Below, in pieces: positions 9,593-21,900 of a stretch of 64,000 nt of DNA. Source of the DNA: a virus; IMG/VR virus record IMGVR_UViG_3300036770_004821, positions 7,806-71,805 of that record, one strand, 5' to 3'. A program made the position numbers and the translations under genes. The number at the start of each line of letters is the position of its first letter. Position 1 is the first letter of the stretch. Below the pieces are notes generated by a model. The model did no database searches. It saw only the letters and a list, made by a program, of their open reading frames with translations, and was not told the DNA's origin.

Positions 9593-9809
9593 TTAAAATT
9601 CTCCTCAATAAATCTTTAATTTCATTAATATCATCTTTTAACTTTAAAACTTCTTCCTCAAGATTGACATGATTTTCTTTTTCTTTTCGTTTTTGTTCCT
9701 TTAATCTCAAATAGTTATTATATTGAGACTTACTAGTATTTACAATAGAGTTAGTATATGGGTCTCTTAAAAGACCCAGTTGATCTTTTATCGGAATTAA
9801 ATCTGACAT
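9579..9809 (-). CDS. Small coiled-coil hypothetical protein
   Basis: LLRDPYTNSIVN...LKDDINEIKDLL pattern; tight operon spacing. Confidence 0.75.
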   Translation of the reverse strand: MSDLIPIKDQLGLLRDPYTNSIVNTSKSQYNNYLRLKEQKRKEKENHVNLEEEVLKLKDDINEIKDLLRRILNESK

Positions 9810-9811
9810 AA

Positions 9812-12800
9812 TTATGCTAAAGCAATTGCCCTAATGTCCTTTAATTGAGGAACATATGATTGATTAGTAGAAGTCATAATTAATTTTATCCTATAATAAG
9901 TAAATGATGGTAGATTATTTGAGGTAAATTCATATTCTACAAAATTATTGGTTTCAAAGTCTAAAATAGAATTTTTTTCAGTAAATATGTCTGGTCTACC
10001 ATCACTATCTTCAGGATTTATAGTTTCAAGTAGATTATTTAAATTATTATATCCTGGGAATAATTCAAAAACAGGATCAGAATTTGCCTCATTACTTATA
10101 GAGAAAAGTGCTCTAATATCGGAGTAGATATTAATGTCGGCAGAAACATAAAGTTTTAAAGATGTTGCTGGATTTTGTAATCTTATAGATTTCGATACAT
10201 ATAGAAATGCATTTTGATCTCTAACCAAAGAATTTACTCTATTATCACCGGGATATTCATCATCACCAACTATTTTATTGACTCTGTTAGTCGTAGTAAT
10301 AACACTAGTTCTTGTTAAATCAATACATGGGGATAATCTTGAATCTGCTGAGGATAGAGTTAGTAATACATTAAGAGATTTATTACCAGGCAACTCTGTC
10401 AATAAATTACGTTCATTCACAGAAGAACAAACTAGTCTTGGAGTTGAGAAGTAATTATAAACACCAAGACTAATTGGACTAAATCCTTGATCAACAAAAG
10501 ACTCTTCATTTCCAGAAATACTTTTCCCACTAACGGTTCTAACTTGACTTGATATGTTAGTAGATCCTGGAGTGAAAGTTTCAATTAATGGAGTAAGTAA
10601 TTCAAATTGCATATTTTGAGTACAAGAAACATCAATTCCACCATCAAATTTACTGTCTCTGAAATACAGAGCAGGTTTTAAACTAGAAGAAGGAGTTCTA
10701 TTAGTAATTTCTAGAGTAGAATCTTCACTTATAAATTCTTCTTGACTTAATCTTAGGGTATAATAATCTAGTCCAATTGCATTATCAATAGTTGCATCTT
10801 CTAATCTATGAGTTTTATTTATTCTCAATAAAGAAACTCCATTTATTTCATATTTTCTAATTTCACTATCTGTAGAATGAGGAGAAATAATAGTATTATC
10901 TATTCCTCTTTGAGTAATATTTAAAGAGTTATTACTAATACTAGTGTATTTAATAATTTCTCCATCAATTATTGCATAACCTGGATTTGTTGGAGATACA
11001 TTAAGTCCTTCAAAGGTTGAGAAATTACCAGAATTAGTTACACTTAAAGATCCAACAAATACACTTGATAAATCAGAGTTTATTTTTGATGGAGGTACAT
11101 CTGGAGTCACTCCACTTAATTCAACATAATTTAATGTAGAATGCATTCCGTGATTTAAATGTCTTACTCTAAAATGTAATCCATCGTTCTCAATAATAAT
11201 TGGAGAAATTGGAGTAATATTTCCTCCACTGCCAGAATTTAACTGAACTAAGTTTCCAGATGAGTTAAAAAATTGGAGGGTATTTCCTATTCCAACTCCA
11301 GTATTAAATTCTCCTTGAACATCTTCCAAAATAATTTCGTTGAAAGAACTTACTATTCCTACAGAAATTCTTAAATTTCTTCCAAGATTATCTATTCCTA
11401 AACTATTTACGGTTAATACATCACCAACTTGATATCCATATCCCCCCATAACTATCGTAGCACCTACAGCAACGCCATCTGTAATAGTAATATTTGCAGT
11501 AGCACCATTTCCAGATCCAGTGATTGATAATAGTGGAACGTTTGAGTATAACAAAGATCCACTGGAAGGAGTATAACCTATTCCAGGATTAACTATATTA
11601 ATCCCAGAACCTCCTGGTGCAGTTCCTCCTGTAGCAAGACCAACCTTACCAGCATAAGTTCCAAAGGCACTACTACTTGATTGAAAAACTGTACTTCCAA
11701 CTGGGAAATTGGAATCAGATTCTGTTATTGTATTTGATAAACCTACTCTTATTTTTCTTGAGATAAAATCTAGAGGATTATTTGTTAACGTTGGGATTTG
11801 AGAATTTCCTTTAGTTAGTTGGGGATTATAGAAATTAATTGTTCCAGGATTAATACTAAATTCAGCGCGATATAAGGTAAACTTTAAATCTTCATATTGA
11901 CTTGGAGTCCAAGTTGAAGCATTTTGTGATTTAAATAATGATCCTAGTATTGGTTGGGTAGTAATTCTTTCCCCTGTCAAAGTGTCTGTTGGAGGTATAA
12001 ATTCACCTTCATCATCACCTTCAGGATCTCTTCCTAATATAGATGAAATCCAAACAAAATATGAAGTTGAATTGGAAAGTAATACAATTGCATACTCTTG
12101 ACTTCCTTCTATATAAACTGGACTTTCAAACTCAAAAGTAGTTGGAATAGATGCATCATCAGAAATATTAACTTGGTCTGGGATTAAAGTAACTTCACTA
12201 AAAGGTAATATTGTTTGAGTAGGAGTTCCCAAATCCATAGTCCTAATCTGACAAGATACTGGTATAGAAGGATCTTTAGATTGGAAATATACATCAATTT
12301 TAGTCAAATATACTCCACTAGGTTCATCACAAGCAAAAGATTGAGCAAGGGGATCGACATAAAGTCCAGTAAATTCTGTTTCTGTTTTAGTTTCACTTCC
12401 TACTGCTATTGATGTGACTTTTGCATTTCTTATTGAAAGAATTTTTTCTTGAATTTTCTGGGTTTTCCCTTCAGCAAAATAATTAGTTTCAGAAGCAGTT
12501 CCTCCAGATCCGGGAATAAAAGTATTATCACTATCACTGGTTAATCTAAATGATCTAATTCCAGATTTAAACTTGTAATTTTGAATAATATTTGGATTAG
12601 GAATAAAGAAAGATCCGATAATATCTCCAAACTTATCACTAACTAGTGAGACATTACTAACCTTTGCAATTGCCTTACTAGTTCTTCCAACTAAAATATA
12701 ATCTTTTTTAATTAATCCATAGTATGAAGTATCAGACATCAATGACATTGATGCAGTATCAACATTCAATAATGTAGAAGTTGAAGAATATGATGGAGGG

Positions 12801-15800
12801 ATAACTTGCCCTATACTATAAGGATTTTCAGTAAATGTTTGAGATGGAGAATTAAATTTTCCTTTTTTATGATTTGGAGTTGCTAATCTAAAAGAACCTA
12901 AAATAGAAGATTGTCCTGATATTTTAATATCAACCGTTTCTCCTACAACAAATGTTCCAGAATTCATTATTATTTGAATTAATTTTGGAAAACAATCATT
13001 TGTTACATCAACTCCATCAAAAAATGCATAGAGTTTAGTATTTGGTTTTAACTTATCTGCTCTAAACTCTACATTTCTTGATCTTATATATGGTTGTATA
13101 TCTATAGAAACTACCGAATCTCCTAAAGATTCTGTTTCAAAAGTTTCAGTTACTTGTAATTGTGTGGCACTTCTTCCGTATAAAGCATCTACAACTTGAA
13201 CATATAATCCTGTTGTTGGTATTACTCCTTGTGTATATAAAGGTATAGATGATCCCACCCAAGTAAATTTAGATGGATTAGATTCTTTCTCTGCATAAAA
13301 CTCATTTCTGAGTGCTGCAGATTCATCTGTTCCTCCAGCCTTTTTCGATCTAGCATCAGCCCATCTTGGTTCTCCATATCCAAGCAAAGTCCAAGATCCC
13401 CAAATAACTGGACCTAATCCAGTTTGTGGGTTTACACCCTCTGTCAATGTTAATTGATTTAATGTTGACAAATAATTTCCTTCCATTTGAATTGTCAACG
13501 CATCTAATCTAACCGTATCTATCCATATATCAGAAGAAGGATTGAGTTTAATATCACCTTCCCAAAAAGTTAGAATATATGGCTGAACATTTTCAATTCT
13601 AGTTGCATAAGGTTGCTTAATAAATTCTTTATCAGTGTAAGTTAATGTTATAATGTCACCAGATTTTCTTATGTTAGATCCAATTATGTCTTCACTTGAT
13701 ATATTCTGAAGATCCTCATTTGTAGTAGAACCAATTCCAAGACCACTCTTTGTTGCAAGTAAAAGATCAATTGAAGTAGTATAATGAGATGGTCTTAATA
13801 TGTTAAAAAATGGATCTATAGAATTTCTAATTCCAATTCTATCTTCCTGTGTAGACAAAGAACTAAAATTATCAACAAAAAATCCAGATTTAAATCTATT
13901 AAGACCAGAAGAATCTAGAATTTGTAGATTTGAGGTTTCGGATTCTAATAATGATAATGTTGTGTAATATTCTAGGTTTTTAATTCTATTTTCAAGTTTT
14001 GAGATATCTGACATTTGATATCTCTTATAATCAAATGATGTTATTGATGCCTTTTTAGTATCATAAAGATATGGAGGAAGAAATATATTTGCTATTTCTA
14101 AGGACTCATCTACTGGTTGTGGTTTTTTTGGATTTTCATCAGGAATTCCAGATTTAACGATAAATTCTCCATTTCTATTAACAAATATTCTATCTATTCT
14201 TGGTAGATAAAAATTATAGTTTAAAAGTATAGATTCATCAGAGGCTAAAATGTTAGTTGAACTATTTCCTTGCTGATTAAATTGCCTTCCTTCAAATTCA
14301 AATGGAGATCTTGCATTTAATGAAACTGAATAATCTGAAACTCTAGGTCTTATATCAATAATATCAGTCACTCTATATCCATTATGATAAGAAATTTCAT
14401 TCTTATAATCAAATAATTGATAGGAATTTGCAGTTGTAATATCTCCATCATCTTGTGAATCATAATATGCATATTCAAAGTATATTTTTATTTTTTTCTG
14501 AGGTTCTAAAATTCCTTCATTTCTAATAATTCTTCCATAATCATAAAATGTATCCCTTTGTCCATTATCAAAAGTAAAAGATTTTGTTATATTTTTACTC
14601 GGAGTTTCTAAAGAACTTATTGTTGCAACTACTCCAGATTCTTTAAATTCTATTATTTCACCAATTGCAAATGTTGAATCATTTTGATAAACAAACGTAA
14701 TTTGATTAGATGATGGCAATTCTGCAAGTATTGCAATAGAATTACTGCTTCTACCTATAATTTTTTCCCCAATGACTAAATCAACTGTAGATGAATTAGG
14801 ACTTGCTATCGCAGATAAAACAGCATTTGGTGCTGATGGAGTAGAAAGATCTAAAGACTCAAAAATACCATAAACTTTTATTATATCGGGAACATTTAAT
14901 GATATTTCTTTATCTTGAACTCTTGTTCCATATGGATAATTTCCAAATTGCAACCCATCATTTCTTGTGGTAGTTCCAATTCCGGAAGTAGTGACAGTGG
15001 ATTTGTCTACTACTAAAGTTTTAACTCTTGTCTTTTTCTTTATCTTTGATTTTACATTAATTTTTCTTAATGTTGCAATTAAATTTGCTCCCGTGCTACT
15101 AGAAGTATTCAATCCTTTAATTTGTAATTGCCTTCCATCAGCAGAAATTTGAACTTTATCTTCAGATAATGGTTCTAAAGTTCCATTAGATGTAAATAAA
15201 GAATATCTTTCTTCATCATAAGGCAAGAAAGATTCATTTGTATCTGCAAGAATAGTTTCTGTAGCATTACCTGTAATATTTACAGTATATTGTTTTCTGA
15301 TACTTAAGTTTGAATCTGTTAAATTAACATCAGATACATTTTGTTTTGATAATGGAGCATATAAGAAATTATTAGACCCCTGCAAATAATTTGTTGTTAA
15401 TACAGTTAAATCAGTAACTGAAATATTTGATGTTGGAAGTCTTCCTTCACAAACGCCAAAAACAGTTGTTACTCCAACAATTTTTACAAATGTTGATATA
15501 TCATTAGTTGATAATTCTGTAATTTTTGCGTAATTTTTTATTGCAGATGTAGATGAATTTGTAAAACTTATAACATCATTTACTTTTAGATTATCTAGAT
15601 AATCTGATCCAGGAATTATAACGGTAGAAATTCCGGATGATTCAGTAGTTATTGAACAAATTCCAATACTATAAAAGTTAGTTTGTATAGTATCACCATT
15701 AAAAGTATAAGATGAATCATCAGAGTAGATTGATTTAATATCTGAAATATTGTAAGAAGTTACTGCTGTTGCAACTCTACTATTTCTTATTCCATCAAAT

Positions 15801-17374
15801 GTAAAAGATTCATTTCTTAAAAATTTACCATTTGTATTATATAAAGTAATTAAATTTGAATTAGAAACATTATCTTTTAAATAACCAGTAGCACCACTTG
15901 AATTTCCTATCACATAGGTAGGAGTAGTTAAAGTTATTGGTTGATTTAATGCAATTTTTGTGTATGTTTGAATATCATATAAAGACACATCCCATCTATT
16001 AAGACCTAGTGATGCTGTATTATATGAACCCTCTTCTAATGCAAAATCAAATACTCTTGCTACTCCAATTTCTTCTCCTGCAGCAGAAGTGTTTATATCT
16101 CCTATTCTACTATCTCTTAAACTAATTATATAAGAATTACCAATACCTATAGTTGGTGCTCCAGTAACTCTGTTAATTGCCAATGTTGGACCAGTATAGT
16201 ATAAAACTGATTCATCTCCAGAATTCTTAGTAGTTCTTGGTTTAGGTATGTCTAAAAATGTAGGTGAATTTACCTCAACTTCATAACCTCTAACATATGC
16301 CTTTCCTGGAGATATCTTATATACAGCAAGATCTTCGTTTGCTATGTTTCCATCATATGTTCTTTTTCCTTCGACAAATATTCCATTATTACCTAGATTA
16401 TCATTTAATGAATCTTCACAACTAACTTGGAATCTTTTTACATAGTAATCTCCAGATTCTTCAAATGTTCTTTTTGCAAATTTATCATTAATAAGATTAT
16501 AAAGAGTATCATTTGGAGTATCTCTTATAATGCCACCTTGTACTCTTGCAATTTCTACAAAATTTTGACTATTATTGTCGTCTAATGTTCTTTTATCTAA
16601 AATTGCTGTAATTTTTAATCTATCTGCTCCAGGTGCAGCATAGTTATTAAATCCTTTAGCATTATCAGTTAGAGTTTCATCAAAAGAAGATGTTATAATT
16701 TCTTCTACTACAGTAAATCCAATTCTATAATCTGGTATGTTTGTATATTGATCTAAAATTATAGTCTGAGTAGGAACAGTTACAAAATGTCCTCTAAGAT
16801 AATAAACTCCATTGGACACAGTAAATGAAGATCCAAAAGAGTTTGCATTCAATGAAATAGTTGAAGCAAAAGATTCTCCAGCAAGAAAAGCATTAGTTGA
16901 AGTGACTATACTTTCTTCAACTAATAAATTTTCACCATCCTCAAAAAAGAAACTTTCATTATTTTGAGTATTTGCATTTAAATAACTGACATATATTGTG
17001 ACATTTCCTCTTTCAGACTCATTTGAAGTTAAAACTTTATTAATAACTGCAGATATCCCTGATCTTTCCCCTTTTACTTTAATTCCAATAAAAGCATTAA
17101 TATAAGAAGATACATTAATTCCCAAAAACTCATTATTAAGTTCTACTGCATTATAAAAGTTATTATAACTAGTTTGCCCAGGAATTACTTTAGCACCTTC
17201 TTTAAATATATGATCACCAAATCTTTCTATTTGATTTTGTAATATTGACTGTAAAGTAGTTAATTCTCTAGCCTGAACTGGATATCCAGGTTTAAAAAGA
17301 ACTTTATAATAGTTCTTATTTTGATCAAAATCATCAAAATAAGGAGATACGTTAAGGTTAGTTTCCTGTGGCAT
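9812..17374 (-). CDS. Large virion structural protein (VrlC/DUF4815-like)
   Basis: MPQETNLNVSPYFDDFD, KVLFKPGYPVQARELTTLQ, APGADRLKI, RFKSGFFVDNF, DPLAQSF, C-terminal DIRAIALA. Confidence 0.88.
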   Translation of the reverse strand: MPQETNLNVSPYFDDFDQNKNYYKVLFKPGYPVQARELTTLQSILQNQIERFGDHIFKEGAKVIPGQTSYNNFYNAVELNNEFLGINVSSYINAFIGIKVKGERSGISAVINKVLTSNESERGNVTIYVSYLNANTQNNESFFFEDGENLLVEESIVTSTNAFLAGESFASTISLNANSFGSSFTVSNGVYYLRGHFVTVPTQTIILDQYTNIPDYRIGFTVVEEIITSSFDETLTDNAKGFNNYAAPGADRLKITAILDKRTLDDNNSQNFVEIARVQGGIIRDTPNDTLYNLINDKFAKRTFEESGDYYVKRFQVSCEDSLNDNLGNNGIFVEGKRTYDGNIANEDLAVYKISPGKAYVRGYEVEVNSPTFLDIPKPRTTKNSGDESVLYYTGPTLAINRVTGAPTIGIGNSYIISLRDSRIGDINTSAAGEEIGVARVFDFALEEGSYNTASLGLNRWDVSLYDIQTYTKIALNQPITLTTPTYVIGNSSGATGYLKDNVSNSNLITLYNTNGKFLRNESFTFDGIRNSRVATAVTSYNISDIKSIYSDDSSYTFNGDTIQTNFYSIGICSITTESSGISTVIIPGSDYLDNLKVNDVISFTNSSTSAIKNYAKITELSTNDISTFVKIVGVTTVFGVCEGRLPTSNISVTDLTVLTTNYLQGSNNFLYAPLSKQNVSDVNLTDSNLSIRKQYTVNITGNATETILADTNESFLPYDEERYSLFTSNGTLEPLSEDKVQISADGRQLQIKGLNTSSSTGANLIATLRKINVKSKIKKKTRVKTLVVDKSTVTTSGIGTTTRNDGLQFGNYPYGTRVQDKEISLNVPDIIKVYGIFESLDLSTPSAPNAVLSAIASPNSSTVDLVIGEKIIGRSSNSIAILAELPSSNQITFVYQNDSTFAIGEIIEFKESGVVATISSLETPSKNITKSFTFDNGQRDTFYDYGRIIRNEGILEPQKKIKIYFEYAYYDSQDDGDITTANSYQLFDYKNEISYHNGYRVTDIIDIRPRVSDYSVSLNARSPFEFEGRQFNQQGNSSTNILASDESILLNYNFYLPRIDRIFVNRNGEFIVKSGIPDENPKKPQPVDESLEIANIFLPPYLYDTKKASITSFDYKRYQMSDISKLENRIKNLEYYTTLSLLESETSNLQILDSSGLNRFKSGFFVDNFSSLSTQEDRIGIRNSIDPFFNILRPSHYTTSIDLLLATKSGLGIGSTTNEDLQNISSEDIIGSNIRKSGDIITLTYTDKEFIKQPYATRIENVQPYILTFWEGDIKLNPSSDIWIDTVRLDALTIQMEGNYLSTLNQLTLTEGVNPQTGLGPVIWGSWTLLGYGEPRWADARSKKAGGTDESAALRNEFYAEKESNPSKFTWVGSSIPLYTQGVIPTTGLYVQVVDALYGRSATQLQVTETFETESLGDSVVSIDIQPYIRSRNVEFRADKLKPNTKLYAFFDGVDVTNDCFPKLIQIIMNSGTFVVGETVDIKISGQSSILGSFRLATPNHKKGKFNSPSQTFTENPYSIGQVIPPSYSSTSTLLNVDTASMSLMSDTSYYGLIKKDYILVGRTSKAIAKVSNVSLVSDKFGDIIGSFFIPNPNIIQNYKFKSGIRSFRLTSDSDNTFIPGSGGTASETNYFAEGKTQKIQEKILSIRNAKVTSIAVGSETKTETEFTGLYVDPLAQSFACDEPSGVYLTKIDVYFQSKDPSIPVSCQIRTMDLGTPTQTILPFSEVTLIPDQVNISDDASIPTTFEFESPVYIEGSQEYAIVLLSNSTSYFVWISSILGRDPEGDDEGEFIPPTDTLTGERITTQPILGSLFKSQNASTWTPSQYEDLKFTLYRAEFSINPGTINFYNPQLTKGNSQIPTLTNNPLDFISRKIRVGLSNTITESDSNFPVGSTVFQSSSSAFGTYAGKVGLATGGTAPGGSGINIVNPGIGYTPSSGSLLYSNVPLLSITGSGNGATANITITDGVAVGATIVMGGYGYQVGDVLTVNSLGIDNLGRNLRISVGIVSSFNEIILEDVQGEFNTGVGIGNTLQFFNSSGNLVQLNSGSGGNITPISPIIIENDGLHFRVRHLNHGMHSTLNYVELSGVTPDVPPSKINSDLSSVFVGSLSVTNSGNFSTFEGLNVSPTNPGYAIIDGEIIKYTSISNNSLNITQRGIDNTIISPHSTDSEIRKYEINGVSLLRINKTHRLEDATIDNAIGLDYYTLRLSQEEFISEDSTLEITNRTPSSSLKPALYFRDSKFDGGIDVSCTQNMQFELLTPLIETFTPGSTNISSQVRTVSGKSISGNEESFVDQGFSPISLGVYNYFSTPRLVCSSVNERNLLTELPGNKSLNVLLTLSSADSRLSPCIDLTRTSVITTTNRVNKIVGDDEYPGDNRVNSLVRDQNAFLYVSKSIRLQNPATSLKLYVSADINIYSDIRALFSISNEANSDPVFELFPGYNNLNNLLETINPEDSDGRPDIFTEKNSILDFETNNFVEYEFTSNNLPSFTYYRIKLIMTSTNQSYVPQLKDIRAIALA

Positions 17375-17380
17375 AATTCT

Positions 17381-18967
17381 TTAGAATTGCAAAACGATTT
17401 TGATATTCTCTCTTTGGTTTTGTGACCTAGTAATAGAAGGTCTATGGTCTACATAAATGACATTACCAGAATTTTTTTTGACTTCTGGCACTGATATTCC
17501 ATTTATAAAAAATTGACCAAGTTGATATGTCTTATTATTTATTACTGTAGTAATACCTGGATTTGTACTGGATCCATAACTAGTATCAATTTGTAAATTA
17601 ATAGATCCACCCTCAATTGTTAAAGAACCACCTTGTCCTGGAGTTGATGTAAAATTATTTAATTGTAATCCATATGTTGGAGATGTATTTCCGCTTCCAT
17701 CATAGTTAAATCCATATAAAGATCTATCCTGCCAATATTTTAGTACTCCAGTATTTTGATCGTAAGAAATCACCTTTCCAACAGATGTAACTCCCGTTCC
17801 AATTGTTTGAGTTACTAAAGAATCTGAAGTAAATCTTGCATTTTTAAAATCATCAGGATTTTCTATACCAACAAGCTTTAAAGCATTTAATGCACTTGCT
17901 TTTTCTAAGGATAAAATTGAATCTGACCCATATTGTTCTGGATTTTGAACTATACCTATTCTAGAAATTTCATTTCCAATGATGAAATCGGGATTTTCAG
18001 TATCATTTTCAATTTTAGAGTAGATCATAGCATAATACGATCCAAGTTCCCTATCAATGTCAAATCCATGCCCACCTTTTGGAGGAATAATTACTTTAAA
18101 AGTTGGTAAAATAGTATTTGCAGAAACTGGTATACCACTGTTTTCTAAATCCACAGTTCCATATGTATATCCAGATCCACCACTTGATACAGTTATTGAT
18201 TGTACTTTTGAATCATTATCGACTAATATTACTGCAGTTGCTCCAGTTCCATCTCCTTTTATAGGAACATTAGTATAAATTCTATTTCTAGGGCCTAAAT
18301 TTATTCCTCTATTTTCTATAAGGATTGTTTTTAATTGTCCACTTGTTATCGCATTATTTTTAATCAAAGATGTTTGAGTGTCTAATCCCCAATTTTTAGG
18401 AACAGGAATGAAATTAGTACTATCAAATCTAATAATATCAGAAGGATTAACCGTAAAAAGATATTTCCAAATATACCCATCTCCACTATCTCCAGCAGAT
18501 CTTGGTTCTAAATCAGTAAAAATTGGCTCATCTAGAGAAGGTCTTCCATTTGGATTTTCCGGTGTTGTTCCATTATTCAAGCAAATATAAACCTTATATT
18601 CACTATTCAAAACATAAAAATTAGAAGAATATAAACTTGTTGCTCCAGAAGTATTAGCAACATTATTTCTATTTACATCATGTCTATACATATCAAAGGT
18701 AACACCACTTTCCCAAGTAATTTTTCTAATACATTGCTTTACATCTTCTTCTTTAACTCGTTTTAAAGCAATCATTGAATCCCAATAATCACTTTCATCA
18801 TCAAAACAATCTCTTGGGGAAGGAGGACTATCATTCCATTCTAAATCATACTCAGATGAATTCGGAAGTCCTACAAAAACATAATATGATTCATTTTCAG
18901 AAGAAAATCTATTAACAAAATCCTTTGTCTTTGATATTCTTAATTGATCTGTTATTATAGCAGGCAT
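17381..18967 (-). CDS. gp8: Baseplate wedge subunit gp8
   Basis: MPAIITDQLRI, FYVLNSEYKVYICLNNG, DGYIWKYLF, C-terminal ENIKIVLQF. Confidence 0.9.
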   Translation of the reverse strand: MPAIITDQLRISKTKDFVNRFSSENESYYVFVGLPNSSEYDLEWNDSPPSPRDCFDDESDYWDSMIALKRVKEEDVKQCIRKITWESGVTFDMYRHDVNRNNVANTSGATSLYSSNFYVLNSEYKVYICLNNGTTPENPNGRPSLDEPIFTDLEPRSAGDSGDGYIWKYLFTVNPSDIIRFDSTNFIPVPKNWGLDTQTSLIKNNAITSGQLKTILIENRGINLGPRNRIYTNVPIKGDGTGATAVILVDNDSKVQSITVSSGGSGYTYGTVDLENSGIPVSANTILPTFKVIIPPKGGHGFDIDRELGSYYAMIYSKIENDTENPDFIIGNEISRIGIVQNPEQYGSDSILSLEKASALNALKLVGIENPDDFKNARFTSDSLVTQTIGTGVTSVGKVISYDQNTGVLKYWQDRSLYGFNYDGSGNTSPTYGLQLNNFTSTPGQGGSLTIEGGSINLQIDTSYGSSTNPGITTVINNKTYQLGQFFINGISVPEVKKNSGNVIYVDHRPSITRSQNQRENIKIVLQF

Positions 18968-18981
18968 TTTACTTTTTTATC

Positions 18982-18989
18982 TATTTATG
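18982..18989 (-). promoter_or_regulatory. Late promoter CATAAATA for gp8
   Basis: NATAAATA about 15 nt upstream of the gp8 ATG. Confidence 0.55.
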
Positions 18990-21900
18990 CAAAATAATTT
19001 AAATATTTAAGTGGATTATATCTTCTAACAATAGTCGAAGAAGTTATTCCAACTGGATATGAATCAAATTGTTTTGGAGATCTTCTTCTGGAAGTATAAA
19101 TTTTGCCCCAACTATAATCTCCATAGTAACCCGTAGTAGATGATCCAGCAATACTATCTATATTTGATACTTTTACTAAAACTGAATTAATATAAGTAAC
19201 TCCTATTCCTGGAATATTTTTTAATTTAATATCATAATCATAAACCTGATACACATTATCTATAAAATTAGTACTAATTCCAATGGAAGAATTATCAGTC
19301 CTCAGAGAATTTATATTAGTTCCAAGATTTGAATTAGAGACTTTAAAATAATAATCAGTTTTTATTCCACTAATTCCAGTAGTTGCTATTCCTACTCTAT
19401 CAGTTAATTGTTGTCTAATATAAGAATCTATAGGAATTGAAAAATCAAAAATAAGTCCGAGGGTTCCAGTAATTGTAGTTGTTCCGACTCCTACAATAGT
19501 TCCAAAATCTCCTTCATATTCAACCCCATCAACTATTTCATAAAAGAAAGAAGGTTCTTCAATAATTACAATTGGAGGTTCACTTGAAGTATATCCTGTC
19601 CCTGGATTTATTATATTAAAAGAAGTAATTTCTCCATTTAAATTTATGTTTGTTGTGGCAATACAAGTAGATCCATTTCCAACTGGAGAAGAAACTATAA
19701 TTGAAGGACTAGTTGTATATCCAATACCAGAATCTACAATTAATATATCATCAACTTCACCAGAAACTATTACTGCAGTTGCAATTCCAGGTCTAGTTTC
19801 TTTTTGTGATAATAATAAAATTTCATCTTGAAAATCTTTTGATAATTGAAATTCATTTGAACTATCAAAAAATGTTTTAATATTTTCAACAAAGAACACA
19901 GTACTTGAAGAACTTACCGATTGAATTAAATAAGTTTCTGGATAAATCAATGGTTCATAGATTATTCTATCCTTAGTTACCTCTTTTCCATTAATAAACT
20001 TATCATCGGTTTGACGACACCATATTAAAGGTCTTCTTAAATCTTGATTTCTTGTTATACCTTGTCCACCATAAATATTTGTTCTTATAGTATCTGAAGT
20101 TAATACTTCTTCAACACTTCTAGATACTTGATCCAAATCTCTAGATCTATCGTAAATTCTAACAATATCACCCTCTTTAATAGTTTCTAAAATATCTTTA
20201 TCTCTAGTATCTACGTCTTTAGTTCCTCTATAGAATAATATTCTACATTTATCACCTTCTCTTGGAGGTTCTGTAAAGGTAATTAGACTCCCACCTCTTA
20301 TATCATATGACTTTTTAGGAACTTGTAAAACATTATTAAGTGTAATAATTAGATTTGCTGCTATATCTATATCAAATCCCATTCTTGGTCTAATGGACGT
20401 TCTATTCCCATTAATTGATATTGGAAATACTTTTCTTTCTCCATCAAATAAATTATCAATATTGTCTATTACCTGTAATTGTCCTATTGACCAAGCATTG
20501 AATTCATCATTTTTTACTTCTGTAACATAAACTTGAAATTCTTTAAATGATAAAGAAGTATTTGTTGGTATTCCAGTTTGACCTCCAATATTTACTGTTA
20601 GAATGTCTCCTGATTTGTATCCAAATCCAAGATTTCTGATATCATATTTTATAACACTTGATCCTTGACCGACCACTATATCAATAGTTGCTTCAGTTCC
20701 AACCCCAGGTTGAGAAAAAGAACTATATTTTAAAGGTAAACTCCAATATTCTAATGGAAGATCAAAAACTACGTTAGGTGGATTTAGTATGCTGTAACCT
20801 GAACCTGGATTCGTTATGCTTACACCAACAACACTACCATTTTGAATTGATGCTATTCCAACATATTCAATAAAACTACTTTGTGTTTTAACTCCAACTT
20901 TTACTGAAGTTTGAATTCCAGGACGATAACCTGATCCACTATTGCCAATACTAATAGATTGTATTGTTCCCGCCAATGAAACTAATGCAGTTCCCCCAGC
21001 AGAAACTGTTGGTTGATATCCAAATCCTTCAGTAGAACCAACTGAAAAGATTATGCCACCTCTAGGCAACTGTGAAGTATTAACATCATAAGAAACTGAT
21101 GCTGCAGTTCCAACAAAAGTAATTGAAGTTATTCCAGCATTTTCTTCAAGAAAAAAATCATTATTTATTTGAATGCCTGTCGTTCTTGATGGGATTTGAT
21201 TTATATCATTAATTAAAACAATAGCATTATCAGTAGATATTCCACTTACAGACTCACCATTTTCTGTTAATGTAAATGTTCTTTCGTAACCATCAAAGTT
21301 CTCTGAAAGAGAATCAAATAAATGATTTGATTTATATGCTTCTTCTGTTCCGAGTGGAATTCCTGATCGTAAAAATACTCTTCCACTAAATCTTGATCTA
21401 GAGTCTAGATTTGTATATTCTAAATCAGATCCAGAAACATTTTGGTCCAATCTGTTTAAATCATTGCCATAAGGAGCAGATGCAAAATAAATAATATTAT
21501 CAATTATATTATAGTTTCCTTGAACAATTGTGATTGTAGAACCAATAGAATGTGGTTCGGCAGTAGTTCCTAATATTGGTCTTTCAACTTTTATTTTAGT
21601 ATTTTCAGTTGTTCCTATACCTACTGTAAAGACCCTCATATATTCATTATCAATTTTTATAATACTACCCCCATTAAAATCTGAAGTGTCATTGATTTTA
21701 AAAACAGTTTCTGCACTTCCAATATCATCTTCAATAAAACTTGTCAATCCAGTAGATATAATTGGAGATTGAGATACATTATCTAATGCAATTAAACACT
21801 TTTTATTTTGATTTTTAGATAAAAATTTATGTTGACCAAATCCTAAAGATGTTATTCTTAATGGAACAGGTGGGTCAGAAAGAGCATCTTCTGCTGTTGC